Below are positions 29,135 to 43,271 of a stretch of DNA of 64,000 bases, in pieces. How positions within the stretch are numbered: position 1 is the first letter of the stretch; each line of letters begins with the position of its first letter. Source of the DNA: Octopus vulgaris (taxonomy: Eukaryota); contig OX597825.1 of the NCBI GenBank assembly GCA_951406725.2, positions 84,878,001 through 84,942,000 on the forward strand, given 5' to 3'. Made by a program: the position numbers and the translations under genes. The notes under the pieces are model-generated. The model was not told the DNA's origin, did not search any database, and saw nothing but the letters and a program-made list of their open reading frames with translations.

Positions 29135-29751
29135 AGTCGGTTTATCATCCGAGTCTATAGTGAATATCGTCGCGCCTCCTTCCTTGAAACAGGAAGGAAG
29201 AGCCATTTTCATCGTACTTGTGGCTATGGCGAAAGAATGTGTATGGTGGACGCGTCTGAAAGGTCTAGAGACAAACACTTTCCTCTCTGGTCAATCTCTC
29301 ATCAACTTCTTCAAGAGGAAGGTGAGAGTAGAGAGGGAAGTTTTGTAAAGTGAATGCTTCAAAAAAAAAGATGGGTGAATGTAGCAAGGATGGCACGTGT
29401 GAATGATGGAGCCAGCTTGAGCATAATCCTATGCACCAAAACAAAATTTTTAGAAACGAAAGGAAAAAAGACCCACTTACTGTAATGTGTTTTCTTTTTG
29501 CATGACCCTATTGCCCAAGGTTCCCATGGTCTTTTCCGTAGGCTTTTCTATCCACGGACGAATCTAATCTGTTTTCCCTTTTTACATTGACATTTCTGTG
29601 ATACACTATCCCTATTGATCGGCCCCATTTTTTTCACGATCCCTTTTGATCGGAATTCACCCCACTTTTTTTGCCCTCTTCCCAAAAAGAAAAGCTCTAC
29701 TTTGCATTTTGTCACTTCTGTGTTCAGCCCTGCGTGGCCAATAAAGAAATA
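29135..29751 (+). mobile_element. 3' end of a non-LTR retrotransposon (L1/Tx1-like ORF2 C-terminus plus 3' UTR)
   Basis: ...IFIVLVAMAKECVWWTRLKG...LINFFKRKVRVEREVL...KKRWVNVARM resembles the 'K..IW..R' and 'F...W' motifs of L1/Tx1 ORF2 ends; pyrimidine-rich UTR ending CAATAAAGAAAT followed by (ATCT)n. Confidence 0.6.
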
Positions 29752-29861
29752 TATCTATCTATCCATCTATTCCTCCACTCGTATATCTATCAATATATAC
29801 CTCTATCCATTCATCCATCTATCCATCTACCTATCTATCAATCTATCTATCTGTCAATATA

Positions 29862-29908
<47 letters not shown>

Positions 29909-29949
29909 ACCTACCGACCTACCTACTTAACTATCTGTCTATCTGTCTG

Positions 29950-30048
<99 letters not shown>

Positions 30049-30599
30049 GTCTATCTATCTATCTATCTATCTATCTATCCGTATAACAGTTATGACACGC
30101 GTTCCTTTTGTCAATATTTGTGCTTATCTGCTTGTCTATAAGTCGAGCGCCACCATATAAAGCCACGCTTCAATATTAACGAATTTTAAATCCATTATTT
30201 CGCTATTCTTCAACATATTTTAAAAAAACAATGTTCTAATAATTTGTTGTATTTATTTCCTTCTTGAAAATGTTTGTAATTATAATTCTCCAGAGATAAA
30301 ATACAATTACTATACAATTTCATTATTTCATAGGTTTCACTAGTCACCTAAACACATATCACGTCAGTTTTTTTTTCTCCAAACGATTTGTTTGGTCTTG
30401 GATTCATTATGAATTATTCTGTAATCACAGAATTGGAATGTCTCTAAGTGTTTTTCTTTTTTTAATTAAAAGTGCGAAACAAATATACATGTAAAGTATT
30501 GCAATGTATAAATGTCCATTCATAGACACACACATACACACACGCAAACAAACATATATATTTACATATATTTATATACAGACACCAATTCACACGCAA

Positions 30600-30645
<46 letters not shown>

Positions 30646-30677
30646 CAGGTGGATCTATATCTATACATGGATCTATA

Positions 30678-30721
<44 letters not shown>

Positions 30722-30850
30722 TGTATATATATACACATATAGATACATAGATGGATAGATAGGTAGGTAGATAGGTAGATAGATACATTTATACATACAT
30801 ATACAAATATATGCTTGCGTCAGAGTATAGACGCACATATATATGAATGC

Positions 30851-30895
<45 letters not shown>

Positions 30896-31675
30896 CACAC
30901 ACACATATATATATTGGCATATCCAATCGTGCGTCTGCTACCACATATATGAACAACGACCATACATAGATGTACACGATAGTTTGAGAATCACACTTTA
31001 TCAGAACATTTTTAAATGCATGACAGAAATTAAGCCAACAGCAGAACAATGCACACATAAACAACACACACACACACACACACACAGATAGAAATGCTGT
31101 CTCAGAGATACGCACATCCACCCCCACTCCCCGACTGCCCGCCTCTTAACGAAAAGCACCATTACAATTACTGCTATTTAGCATACACTTATATAGTGTA
31201 AACACGCACAGAGAAAACCTCATGATCACTCTATGACGGGCTCACTTTCTCTCCTTCTCTTTCCATCTCTCTCTTTCTCTTATTCATATCATGTTCTTTC
31301 TCTTTTCTAGTTTTCTCTCTCTCTCTCTCTCTCTTTCCGTCTCTCTCGCACACCTACACATACAGTCACATCAATATAATACTCTGCATATATATATACA
31401 TATACACAATTTGAACAAGTCCACATGCATACATATATATACGTGCATAGACAGATACTCTGACACACAGACATATATAGTGTGCTATTAATAAAATATG
31501 AATTTTAATTATTGTGATTGCTTTCTAACACGATTATCGAATTTGAAAGAGGTGGATTTATATTTGTCCTATATATGGCTTTGTATCAATATGTGAATAT
31601 ATATAAGTATATAACTATGCATGTGTATGAGTGTGTGTATGTGTGTACATAAATAATTACATTTAGAGATATACA

Positions 31676-31715
<40 letters not shown>

Positions 31716-31919
31716 CGTAAATCTTATCTTATATTGAAATAAACTATTTGTAGGTGTGTGTCAATGTGCGTGTGTGGGCGTGTGTATGTATACATTAATA
31801 AATATGTACACATACGCATGCACAAAATGCGCACGCGCCAATATATTGTTTACGTCATAAGCATTAATATACGCTGAGAAGCATGCAATAAGGTGTATGT
31901 ACTGTTTGGGTGTGTATTT

Positions 31920-31984
<65 letters not shown>

Positions 31985-32000
31985 TTAAACGTATACACAG

Positions 32001-32051
<51 letters not shown>

Positions 32052-33382
32052 CATAAATATGTATGCTTACACGTATAAACATATATATATAACGAGAGAG
32101 AGACAGAGATAGAGACAAAGAGAGAGAAATAGAGAGACGAAGATAAAAGAGTTACAGAGGGTGCTATATATCGATATACATATACATGAAAACGTAAATA
32201 TTAAATTAAGTACCAATTGCGTACTGGGGTCCATCTAATTGACTGGCCCCCTCCAAAGAAAATGTCGTACCTTGTACCTAGAGTAGTAAAGATTACTATT
32301 TATATACACATCTTTACTTTTTCTTTATTTTGCGAAAATTCTTTTGCTGCCTGGGATGTATTTTTCAGTGCAACTTTGACAAATTAGTCATAAATCTTTT
32401 AGATAATTTCGCCTATAATCTCTCTATCGATCTATCTATCCATTATTCTGTCTGTCTGTCTATCTGTATGTATGTGGTTATGTAGGTATTCGCTGTGGAT
32501 TTTGTGTCTGTGCATTAGCAAATGATTTTCTTTTTTTAAGTATTGTTATACATTTGAAAATATTAAGACTGTAATAGATTTTAAATGTCATTCTTCCATA
32601 CATTGCATGGAGTACTAAACGGGAAATGTGAAAGCCATGAGAAAAATCATTGATTAAACTTCAGCACAAGGGTGTTTCCTAAACACATGGTTCCGAGTTC
32701 AGTCCTACTTCGTGGCGATTGTCTTGAGCTGTATTGCCGTGAGTAAATTTGGTAGGCGGTAACTGAAAGTAGCACATAGAATCATGCATATGTGTGTGTG
32801 TATGGGTGTATGAACTTCATAACAGTTTGAGGACCGGTGCTTGTTTGTTTTCGTCCCACATAACATTAGCGCTTCAGCTTTAAATTAATTACTCGGATCG
32901 ATTAGTTCGTCAAAACCGTTGACGACTGTGTAGCAACATGGCCACAATCGAACGACTAAATCAAGTTCAAAGATAATCTGATTCTTACACATGATCGTTT
33001 CGTTAACTAAACAAAGTCCAGCGAGATGTTTTCATTCTCTATCACAGGTTTTTCTGGTTTTTTACTCCAGAATCAACTTAGGAACACAATCAAACGTTGG
33101 AAAATATTTTCACAGAAAATTCATGGTATTAAAGTTCTTTCAATAAATATTCCTTTTCAGGAGAAGCTGTCGGAGTTTCTGATTGTGAATTATAGAATTA
33201 CTCTATGCATGCATTTAGCTTCAGGGCGAATGATAGAAGCAATTTCTGTTGCAAATGTAAAACAGTTGTCGTTATCTCTGCAGCGTTTCAAAAAAGGGGA
33301 AGAAAGAATTCGAGGAAATGTATAACATTCGAGAAGGAGAACTGATATCGCATTACCATACATTTGCAGAATACTTACATAC

Positions 33383-33481
33383 GAGCATATGGCGTAGTGG
33401 TTAAGAGCGCTGGCCACTAACCTCAAGTTTCGCAGTTCGATTCCACGCAGTGACATGAATAATAATAATAATAATGATATG

Positions 33482-33539
<58 letters not shown>

Positions 33540-33547
33540 TAATAATG

Positions 33548-33584
<37 letters not shown>

Positions 33585-33610
33585 ATAATAATACATCTTA
33601 ATAATAATAA
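33383..33610 (+). mobile_element. Short tRNA-derived SINE (tRNA head directly followed by an (AAT)n tail)
   Basis: A-box tggcgtagtgg and B-box gttcgattcc, but the acceptor stem does not pair; (AAT)n from 33458. Confidence 0.7.
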
Positions 33611-34640
33611 GGTTGATAACCCCGAAAGGAATTTTCAAGTTTAGAAATGCGAATTGAAGTTGGTCATCTACATCCTAATCATGGAGTTCTGTATCTGTAC
33701 CTGCCAGCGTTTCATCCTTTAATCTCATCTGATTATTAAATAAAAACCGCCCACGCAGAATGCCAGGTGCTTTTCAATAAACAATCATACCAAAATTTTA
33801 TATAATTTCACAATTTATTCCGTAATTGTAAAAACCCGTTATTTTTCATGGCCGCAACGTATATTTATATTTGCGTGCGTTTCGTGCCTATGGCTGTGTA
33901 TTTGTTCGCATTTACATCCACACATATAACTTCTGATATATTACATCGTATGCGGCGATGACATATATGTCCAATACGAACATGCGGCAACCATAGAAAT
34001 AAACAATGGAACATTCTCTTCACTGTCAAACAGGATTTTGTGTGAGTATATTTTACAGTTAAAGAATGACGTGGTGTAACGTTGAATACTTGAAGGATTG
34101 CAGTCGTGAAGCCTGCTTAGAGCATTAGAACTGATAATGGGGATTAAAACTACATCGCTGTTATTCCCGCTGGCAATATCATTTTACTGCTCTCTCTCTC
34201 TCTCACTCTAATTCCCCCCTCTCTCTCTCTCATTCCTCTCTCTCTCTGTCTCTGTCTCTCTCTCTCTCTCTGTCTCTGTCTCTCTTTGGCGTTTCCTGCT
34301 TACAGTATCAATGTGCTCAAAAGCGATGTCATAACAGATCTTATTATTCGGTGGGAATAAAGTCTTTATTGATGAGCAAAAAGTCAATCCACCTCTCCAC
34401 CTCCGAAACTCCCCACACGCAAACAAGTGTGTATACGAATATCAGTACATAAGGAGAAAGAAAGAGAGAGAGAGAAAGAAAGTGAGAGAGAGAGAGAGAG
34501 CACGTGCGCAAACATGCGCACACAGCCATATATCAACAAATAGCATAGAAATTCGCAATCATTGAAGTTTCTCTACACCTGCAGTTTCTTTAACAACATC
34601 AGCATAGGTTTAAATGTGAGGATTTGCGGGATAGTGTGTG

Positions 34641-35004
<364 letters not shown>

Positions 35005-36538
35005 TGAGGTTGTGTGTATTTGTGGTGTGTGTCTGTGCATGTATATGTGTATGTATGGCGTGTGTGTGTGTTTTTGTGTGTATTGGTGTGCGCATGTGTG
35101 TGTGACGATCTGTACGGTCAAGTACGACCACGTTAGCGTTCACAAATGGCGAGGAAAACATATACAGTATGTGATGTGACTGATTAACCTGCACCCGAGT
35201 GCTTGGAAGGAGACATTCAAAGGTGTGACACTATTAAACCGCCATCATTCAATTGTTACAAACACGTTTAAGGCGTTGAGCACACCGGAAATTTTATTTG
35301 TTGTTGCAGCTCTTCAGTAAAAGGCGATCTGTATAAATGAGGGGTTGATTTGACTATTATATTTAATTGTTTTAAGGGACCTACAGAGAGTCTCCGGCAA
35401 CTCATCGCATTTTATTTGTTAATGAATGCCATCGTTCGTCATTTCAATAGATTCTGTTTTCACTTTTGCGCTGTTTCTCTTCATTTCTGCAATTATCAAG
35501 TAATTAGTTTCTTTAAGAAAAATAGAAAACTGTGATCTTCATACATTTCTGAAAAACAATGTTTAATATTTCAACAGAAATCCAACAGCTATCAAAATAA
35601 ATTTGGTAACAAATACTCGCCAGCTCTCTTTCGGCATAACAGAGCTTCTCATGAACAACTGTCTCCAATACGTCTTAGATATGACAGTTTAAAGATTAAT
35701 GGCTATTCCTTGTACATCTATAAAGTCATAAGTAATGTATTAAGATTGTGTTTCAGAATATTGTTTAATTAAGAAGGTAATGAAATTATAGGAATCAATA
35801 CGCGATATAGCATTGATCTGACAAGATTGAGAAACGCAAACGGCATATTCGAGAAGCAAACTCTCGTTGAATATGCAACAAGAAGCTAATTAATGTTGAT
35901 AGATTACACAGTTCATAGCTCGAAGATCGCAATATCATGTTGCAAGTATAAACCACTAACGACAGCATCACAGGCATTGATTCATATTTATACGTAGAGT
36001 TGCTTATTAAGTGATAATATATTCTCATCAACTGTCACAGAAGGTGTAAATACATTCCTCTAACGTGAGATAATGCCATATTCTTCGATTGCCATATGAC
36101 ACCCCAGCCCTAGATTTCTGACAGTCAAAGATAAGATTTAATAATTAACACTCAACGCACGAAGCGAACAGACAGACAGATTTTATTTCGGTTTTCTTAA
36201 CCAATACTCGGTGTGCTTGTTATAATGCTGCTATGAAGACAAAGCAAAAGCGTTTGGAAGAATCGGAGAGGAATATCTTTGAATTTATCTCTTTAGTTTG
36301 TAGAATTCCGACCCGATTACCATTTGTATCCGAATCCCTTTCGTTTTCAATATTAATACCAAAAGGAAAGGCAAGGATGTCACCATATTTCTCCCCGGTA
36401 AAGAATGCAACATTAATTGCACTTTAATGGTTGGAAGTACTCAACAAGTTTGATGATAAAATGCAAAAGTTCTGCAGTATAAGTGGTGCATCTAAGGGCG
36501 GTCAAGAGAATAATACATCTCAGCCTTTGTATTATATA

Positions 36539-36965
36539 GGTGCATACGTGATTATGTGGTAGGAAGCTTGCTTCCCAACTACATGGTTCCGGGTTCAGTC
36601 CCAATACGTGGCATCTTGGTTAACTGCCTTCTAATAAGCTGCGGGTCGACCAAAGCGTGACTAGATTTGGTAAATGGAAACTGAAAGAAGCTCGTCGTAT
36701 ATACATATGAGTATATGTTTAAATATATGTGTGTGCCTTTGTGTCTGTGTTTGTCACCTACTACCCCCATCATCACTTGTCAACCGATGTTGGTGTGTAT
36801 ACGTCCCCGTAACTTAGTGGTTCGGCAACAGAAACCGATGGAATAGGCTTACAACGAATAAAACCTGGAGTCGATTTCTTCGACTTATAAAACAAATCTG
36901 TAACACGCTGCTCCACCATGGGCGCAATCATATGACTGAAACAAGCAAACGAAGAAAAGAATAAC
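36539..36965 (+). mobile_element. SINE family A copy
   Basis: gcttcccaactacatggttccgggttcagtccc...ggaaactgaaagaagctcgtcg...acgtccccgtaacttag...atgactgaaacaag. Confidence 0.85.
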
Positions 36966-36969
36966 AGAG

Positions 36970-37015
<46 letters not shown>

Positions 37016-37060
37016 TGTTACACATAGACACATACATACGTATATACATATATATGTATA

Positions 37061-38562
37061 ATGGGTCATCCCATAAATAATGATTTTTTTTATACATCTT
37101 GTAATTTTCAATATTAAGATAAACAAATTACTTTCTTCATCTAAAACATACTCTCCTTTATTTTACAATGCTCTTCCATCTATCTGGTAGTCTCGCAAGG
37201 CCCCTTTTCCAATATTCATTTGTCTGTGAAGAAAACTATTCCTCAAATGCTGTTCTAACCTCGTTTAAAGAATTCATACCTTTTCCGTCAAAATGATTTT
37301 GAAGACTGTGGCCTTGCATTATCCTCATGGAAGAACACCTTTCGTCTTCATTCCAAAGATGGTCGTTTTTCTTCTAGCGTTGACTTGAATGACTGGTTGG
37401 ATGACCAAATCCACTCTTCTCTGCTAGTTCCTCATTACTTAAGATAGGATTATGTTCCACCAGGGTTTGCAGAACATCCTCATCGAGCTCTGCAGATCTT
37501 TCAGGACGAGGCGGCTTGTAGGGTGTTGTTTCCATCTCGGAATATCTGGAATCACCGTTGACAATGGCTTACGCTTATAGTTCTTCCTCCATATACTGCA
37601 TTAATATTCCTCGCACTTTCCGTTGTGTTGTTGCCTTTATTGAACACATAAAGCAACATTTACCGAATATGCTCCTTTGTCATTTCCTTTGAAAAAATAA
37701 CTGTTAAAATCGAAGTTCACTCTTCAAAACTGCATTTATAACAAGTTGATGCAGGTAGTTTATCCTGTTTCCCTCCGACTTTTAGTTCATGAAAGCAGGT
37801 TGTAAGTTTACAATGTAATTTTCCTTAGTGTAAGTCTCGAAGAGTGCAGTTCAATTTTAAGAGTTATTTTTTCAGTTATAATGGAAATGACAAACGAGCA
37901 TATTCGACATATTTTGCTTTATGAGTTCAGTAAAGAACAACAATGCAACGGAAAGTGCGAGGAATATTAATGCAGTATATGAGAGTCAGAAGATAAGTGT
38001 AAGCCAGTCTCCAGAAATTCCGAGCCGGAAACTACATCCTAGAAGACGGGCTTCGTCCTATATGATTGGTAGAGCTCCACGAGGACGTCCTGCAGACCCT
38101 GGAAATGTTGAGGAACTAGGAGAGACGCTTGAATTTGGCCATTCAACCAGTCATTCGAGTCAGGGTTAGAAGCAAAACGACCATCTTTGGTTTCATGACG
38201 GCCACATACAACGAGGATGACATCCCAAAAGCTGGAGCAGTCTGAATAGGGAAAGATGCCTCATCCACCATATTCCCCAGGCATTGCCCCATCTGATCAT
38301 CATTTATGCTGCAGCCTTCAAAACCATTTGGATGAAGAAAATGTGAATTCTGTAGACGTGGCAGAACAGTAGTGGAGGAGTATTTTCTGTCACGGAGAAA
38401 TGAATTTTGAAAGAGGGGCCTTGTGAATCTACCAGACAGATGGAAGAGCATTTTAGAAAATGAAGGAGAGTATATTTTATATCGAAAAATAACGTTGTTT
38501 ATCATAATTTTGAAAAATAAAAGAATTACTAACAAAAACAATTTGTTTCTGGGATGGCCTAA
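37061..38562. mobile_element. Palindromic (head-to-head) pair of degenerate mariner (D,D34D) transposase copies with outer TIRs
   Basis: Minus arm ~37690-37130: MTKEHIR*MLLYVFNKGNNTTESARNINAVYG...VFFHEDNARP...YWKRGLARLPDRWKSIV. Plus arm ~37881-38480: MEMTNEHIRHILLYEF...NNATESARNINAVY...HPPYSPGIAPSDHHL...RGLVNLPDRWKSILENEGEY. Ends ATGGGTCATCCCATAAATAA and (reverse complement) TTAGGCCATCCCAGAAACAA, each flanked by TA. Confidence 0.88.
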
Positions 38563-39261
38563 TATATATAAACTTACATATATACATAACAAATGAAAAC
38601 AAAACAGCAGTCGTTCGTTCAAAGACAGAAGTCAATATATTCGTAATAATTTATTATTCATATAATGTTAATTCTCCGACAAACATTATGAAATATTTGC
38701 TTTGTTTTTTTTTCGTTTATTTATTACTTATTAACATTAAAGAACAGGAGAAAATTACGTTTACTAACTTGATTGAAGAGTTGAAAATGCATAAACGCAT
38801 AAAAATCAACCAGCTTTCACTTTTACAAACCTGGGCAGAAACATAACCCTCATTTTCATTTGAGGTAATTTTCCATTTAACAACTCGCAGGACATTTTAT
38901 ATTGTAATATAATAAACACGCACATACAGTTTCATAAAAATTCCAGTATTTCTAAGCAGACTTTAATATTTATTTATTATCCTTTCTCTTTAAAAGAAAA
39001 TATCAAACCAGAACAGCAATCGTTTACATGTAAAATTCAATCGAACAAACGTAACATAATGCAGAAAATAAATATAATTGAGTATTAGTTCAGAGACAAA
39101 TAACTGACATTTCGAAATCGATTTTTCAAAAAACATAAACTCACATCAAATATAAAAAAACAAAATGGAACAATACTAATTCGAATTTTCCAACACGATT
39201 TCTAACTGCTTTTCTGTTATTTTTAATTTTTTTTTTGGTGTGGCTTCTGTTGATGCCATAT

Positions 39262-39288
39262 ATCATCATCATCATCATCATCATCGTC

Positions 39289-39355
<67 letters not shown>

Positions 39356-39527
39356 CCATCATCTTCATAATCATCATCAAAATCATCATTATCATCGTCG
39401 TCGTCATCGTCATCATCAGCACCATCATCATTAGCGTAATAGTAATCGCAATCATAATTCTCATGACCATCAATTACATTATCGTCATCACAATCATCTT
39501 CACCACCATCACCATTATCTTCATTAA

Positions 39528-39570
<43 letters not shown>

Positions 39571-39650
39571 TCTACCATTATCCCCATCATCTTTATTATC
39601 ACCACCACCAACACCATCATCACCACCGCTATCATCGTTATTGTCGTTGG
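39262..39650. repeat. (ATC)n trinucleotide repeat
   Basis: Direct inspection; source of the poly-H/I/M/D ORFs. Confidence 0.95.
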
Positions 39651-41290
39651 CTTCCAATAACATTGTTGGAAATATGTAGTCTTACATCTGATTGGATCCT
39701 GTATCCATGCATCCCTACATCCACGCCATCTCTATGAACACAGCTTCCAATCTGACTCCATGCTAACATTGAAAACGCACACACACATACTCGCCAACTA
39801 ATTTTAGCTCCTCTGTTATAGATTACTCTCAGACAAATATATACATCTTATTAACAGCATCAACATCTTCTGCTTCTTATTTGCGTGTTCGAACTTCACT
39901 CTCCGATTCCTTATCCTTTTGCTATTTACTAATTGACTCGGGCCATTATTATTCCTTCCCCTCTCGAGTTGAATTCTTTCATTTTATATTATAACGATGT
40001 ATTCGATGTCGAAAATTGCCGAAATAAGCCGATCTTTGAAGATCCGTTTATAGAAGTACACACAGTTGTTGTCTCTGCCATCCACGTTTCTATTGCATGA
40101 TGTATTTTTCAAATATATTTCATTGCCTCTTCCGAATCGTTTATCCAATGCTAACCATTTCGACTATTAACCCCTCATTCTTTAATACTTGATTCCGTTT
40201 TCGTATCTGCAGCCATTTTGGGTTGGAGTTTCATCTTGTTCGGAATTCATGTTACCTTGTTGTAATAACAATTGCGTGTCTCGTTAAGTGAAAATCTAAT
40301 TATTTTTTCTATGAATATGATTTTACGGTACCATAATTAAATTATGTTTCAAGAACCACATTTCCAAAGTCTTGTTGTTTAGTTTTTTTGGGTTTTTTTT
40401 ACGAATCAAAAGTTCAAAAATGTATGTAGTAAAAAATGCTACAAGCATCTTCGGAAGAATGGTATTACTGGGTTTAGAGAAACTGGTATGTGTTCCTCAC
40501 TGAATCTTTCCTAGATCTATGAGAATTGGTCTTTAGCTTAATAATAGCAACTTTATCTTGTTTAGCTTATATAATTTAGAAATGATATGAAGTATAAATT
40601 GTCTACATTCCACAAATGAATTTCGATTGATATAAATGCAAAATCATGTCTGATAATAAATCTGTTCTGTTTGACATTGGTAACACTGGATTGGATGTCT
40701 CATGTCCAAAAACATATTCGTGCTTCCAACATTGCTACTAAATCATACCAGTCCTGTCAGCTTATAGGCCGAGACGTAGAGTCATACGAAATGTACTCTA
40801 AAGGAGATCCGGTCCTTAATCAACCGTTGCATCAAGAAGATTCTTGAAATATATTGGTCGAAAAAAGAAATCAAATATATTGCCTTCTGGTAACAAATCC
40901 AGCGACCCCTCGTTGACATAGAGCTGAAATGAAGTGTATCGGCATTGGAAACAGATTCGGTAAACATAATCACAACGCTGTCAAGCGGTTCCTCTGGTGG
41001 AAAGCTTAGAACAAAAGGACGAGAGCAAAAGCTAAAGAAATTTTGGCGACGTTGGTTTTTTTTTTGCAGAACAAAGCGGAAGATCCGGATGGGGCAAGGG
41101 ATGCTGCGAAAGAAGTTCCATGATAGGGACGAGCGGAGGGAGACCCTCGAAGGTCTGCGTCACAAAGTATCAGTGAGCGATATTGATATTCCTCCAAGAA
41201 CTCCTTCAAACAATATACAGAAACGCGTATGATGTACTTTGACAGACTGAGAAATTTCACACACACACGCACACATACACACACACATAG

Positions 41291-41340
<50 letters not shown>

Positions 41341-41979
41341 ATATATATATACATATACATAAGTGTGAGCCTGTAGTTTATTCTTAAGGGTTATTCAACA
41401 AAGTCGAATGAAGTTATATCTCCGACATTTTGTCCAAGGAATAAATCATATTAAATATTTAATTAATGAATTAATCTCGTGAATAAATTGGTATTAAAGC
41501 ATATCCATTGGTCACTAATGCCAACATATTTGTTGATAATGAATTGTTTTCATTTCTCATAATCATTTATATGTAATTAAAATGTTCCATAATTAATTTC
41601 TAAAACAAATTCTATTGTTTTTCTATTAAATTGTTAAAAGTTTTTCCCCATACTCCTGAAAAGATATTAATTGAATAAACTGAGGTTAATTATCATCTAT
41701 ATTATCATTATCATTATTATTCTTTTAATTTAAGGAAACCGATTTGATGGAAAATATTTCTCTTGATATATCATTAGATTCCATCACATTTTCTATTCGT
41801 TACTCTCCTCTTTTCTGAAATGGTCAAAGAAAGCGAAACTTATGATTTTTTTCACTTGGGGAGTGCTTTGAAAACTATTTCATAAAGAAAGAATTTAACA
41901 AATAGAATGACAAAATCTATATACGTATTTTTTTTTCCTGAAGACTCTGTACTTTGTCATATCATTCGATACAAACAAT

Positions 41980-42026
<47 letters not shown>

Positions 42027-42393
42027 GAGAAGAGAGACAGAGAGAGACAGACAGACAGACAGACAGAGACAGAGAGAGAGACAGAGAGAAAGACAGAAAG
42101 AGAGAGTGCGAAATTTCTGGTGTTTCTCCGAAACGAGATGAATCACTAATTAATTAGTGAAAATCCTGATTACCTCCTTCTACTTAACATATAAGAACTG
42201 TACACCTCTTCAAATATTCTACACACACACACATAAATATACACACACACTGACACACATATATGCGTGTGCGTGTGGTGTGTGTATGTACGTATGTAAT
42301 TAATAAATCGTATGCTGTACACCTGGTGGTTCACAGGTAAACTCGTTGATTGGATTAGCGTCCGTTGCGTGCTTGATTAATGAGAAACGGAAG

Positions 42394-43158
42394 ATGGAAG
42401 ATACGAGGATTTTTATTGATCACTGAAACCATTTCCACCATCTTGCATCGAACCCTCGCGGGTGGGCTGTGTCCCTTCGGTTGATTTCAGGATGCGTTTG
42501 CTAAAATAAATTCTGTTTCGCACAATTTATTTCTGGATGTTTTCTTCTTGTTCTTTGTATTTAGAAATGGCAAATTAAGGGATATCGCTTCGTTCTTATA
42601 GAAGATCTATAACAAAGACGAAATGCAAAAAGAAACAAGTACACAATACAGCGAAGAAACTATATTACATACTAGACTACCCGTGACCCGCTGGGTCACC
42701 AGTATTTCAAGATGCCCGAAAAAACTATGTATCTCAGGAATTTGTGGTCCAATTTATGCGAAACTTGTTATTCCGTGAGCATTCGCATTTCAGGAGCACT
42801 TTACTTTCAAGGTATTTTCCCATTATACGCCGGTTTGGCTGAGTAACATTGCAAGCAAGCAACATTGAAGTTCATTGTCAATAGTATACAGGTTGCATAT
42901 CCGTACCTCATCTTTGTTATGGACCTTCTAGAATAATGAAACTTTATCCCTTAATTTGCCATTTCTATATACGAAGACCAAGAAAATATGCAGAAATAAG
43001 TTGTGCAAAACAAAGTTTATTTTAAGGAGATACCTCTTGAAATAACCTCTGGAGACACCTCTACACCGAGGAATACACCTGAGCTAGATGCGCGAAAGAT
43101 CTATGTTAGATGGATCGAAACGATTGTAGTGATCAATAAAGATTCTCACATCTTCCAT
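42394..43158. repeat. Long diverged inverted repeat (~230-250 bp arms), possibly Penelope-like termini
   Basis: 42394-42621 is the reverse complement of ~42908-43158 (e.g. agaaatggcaaattaagggata / tatcccttaatttgccatttct; tttattgatcact / agtgatcaataaa). Confidence 0.8.
42672..42890 (-). mobile_element. Probable short non-autonomous Helitron
   Basis: Minus strand ends GTGACCC-AGC-GGGTCAC hairpin (42699-42683), 7 nt, then CTAG|T (42675-42671): the canonical Helitron 3' terminus. The 5' end is tentative (TGTATACTAT at 42890). Confidence 0.5.
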
Positions 43159-43217
43159 ATTCTGTTACACACACACATACACATGCATACACAAACGCTA
43201 ACACACGCAGACACACA

Positions 43218-43271
<54 letters not shown>

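Noticed and set aside
33383-33457. tRNA gene
   Set aside because: Acceptor and anticodon stems do not pair and an (AAT)n tail follows; treated as a SINE.
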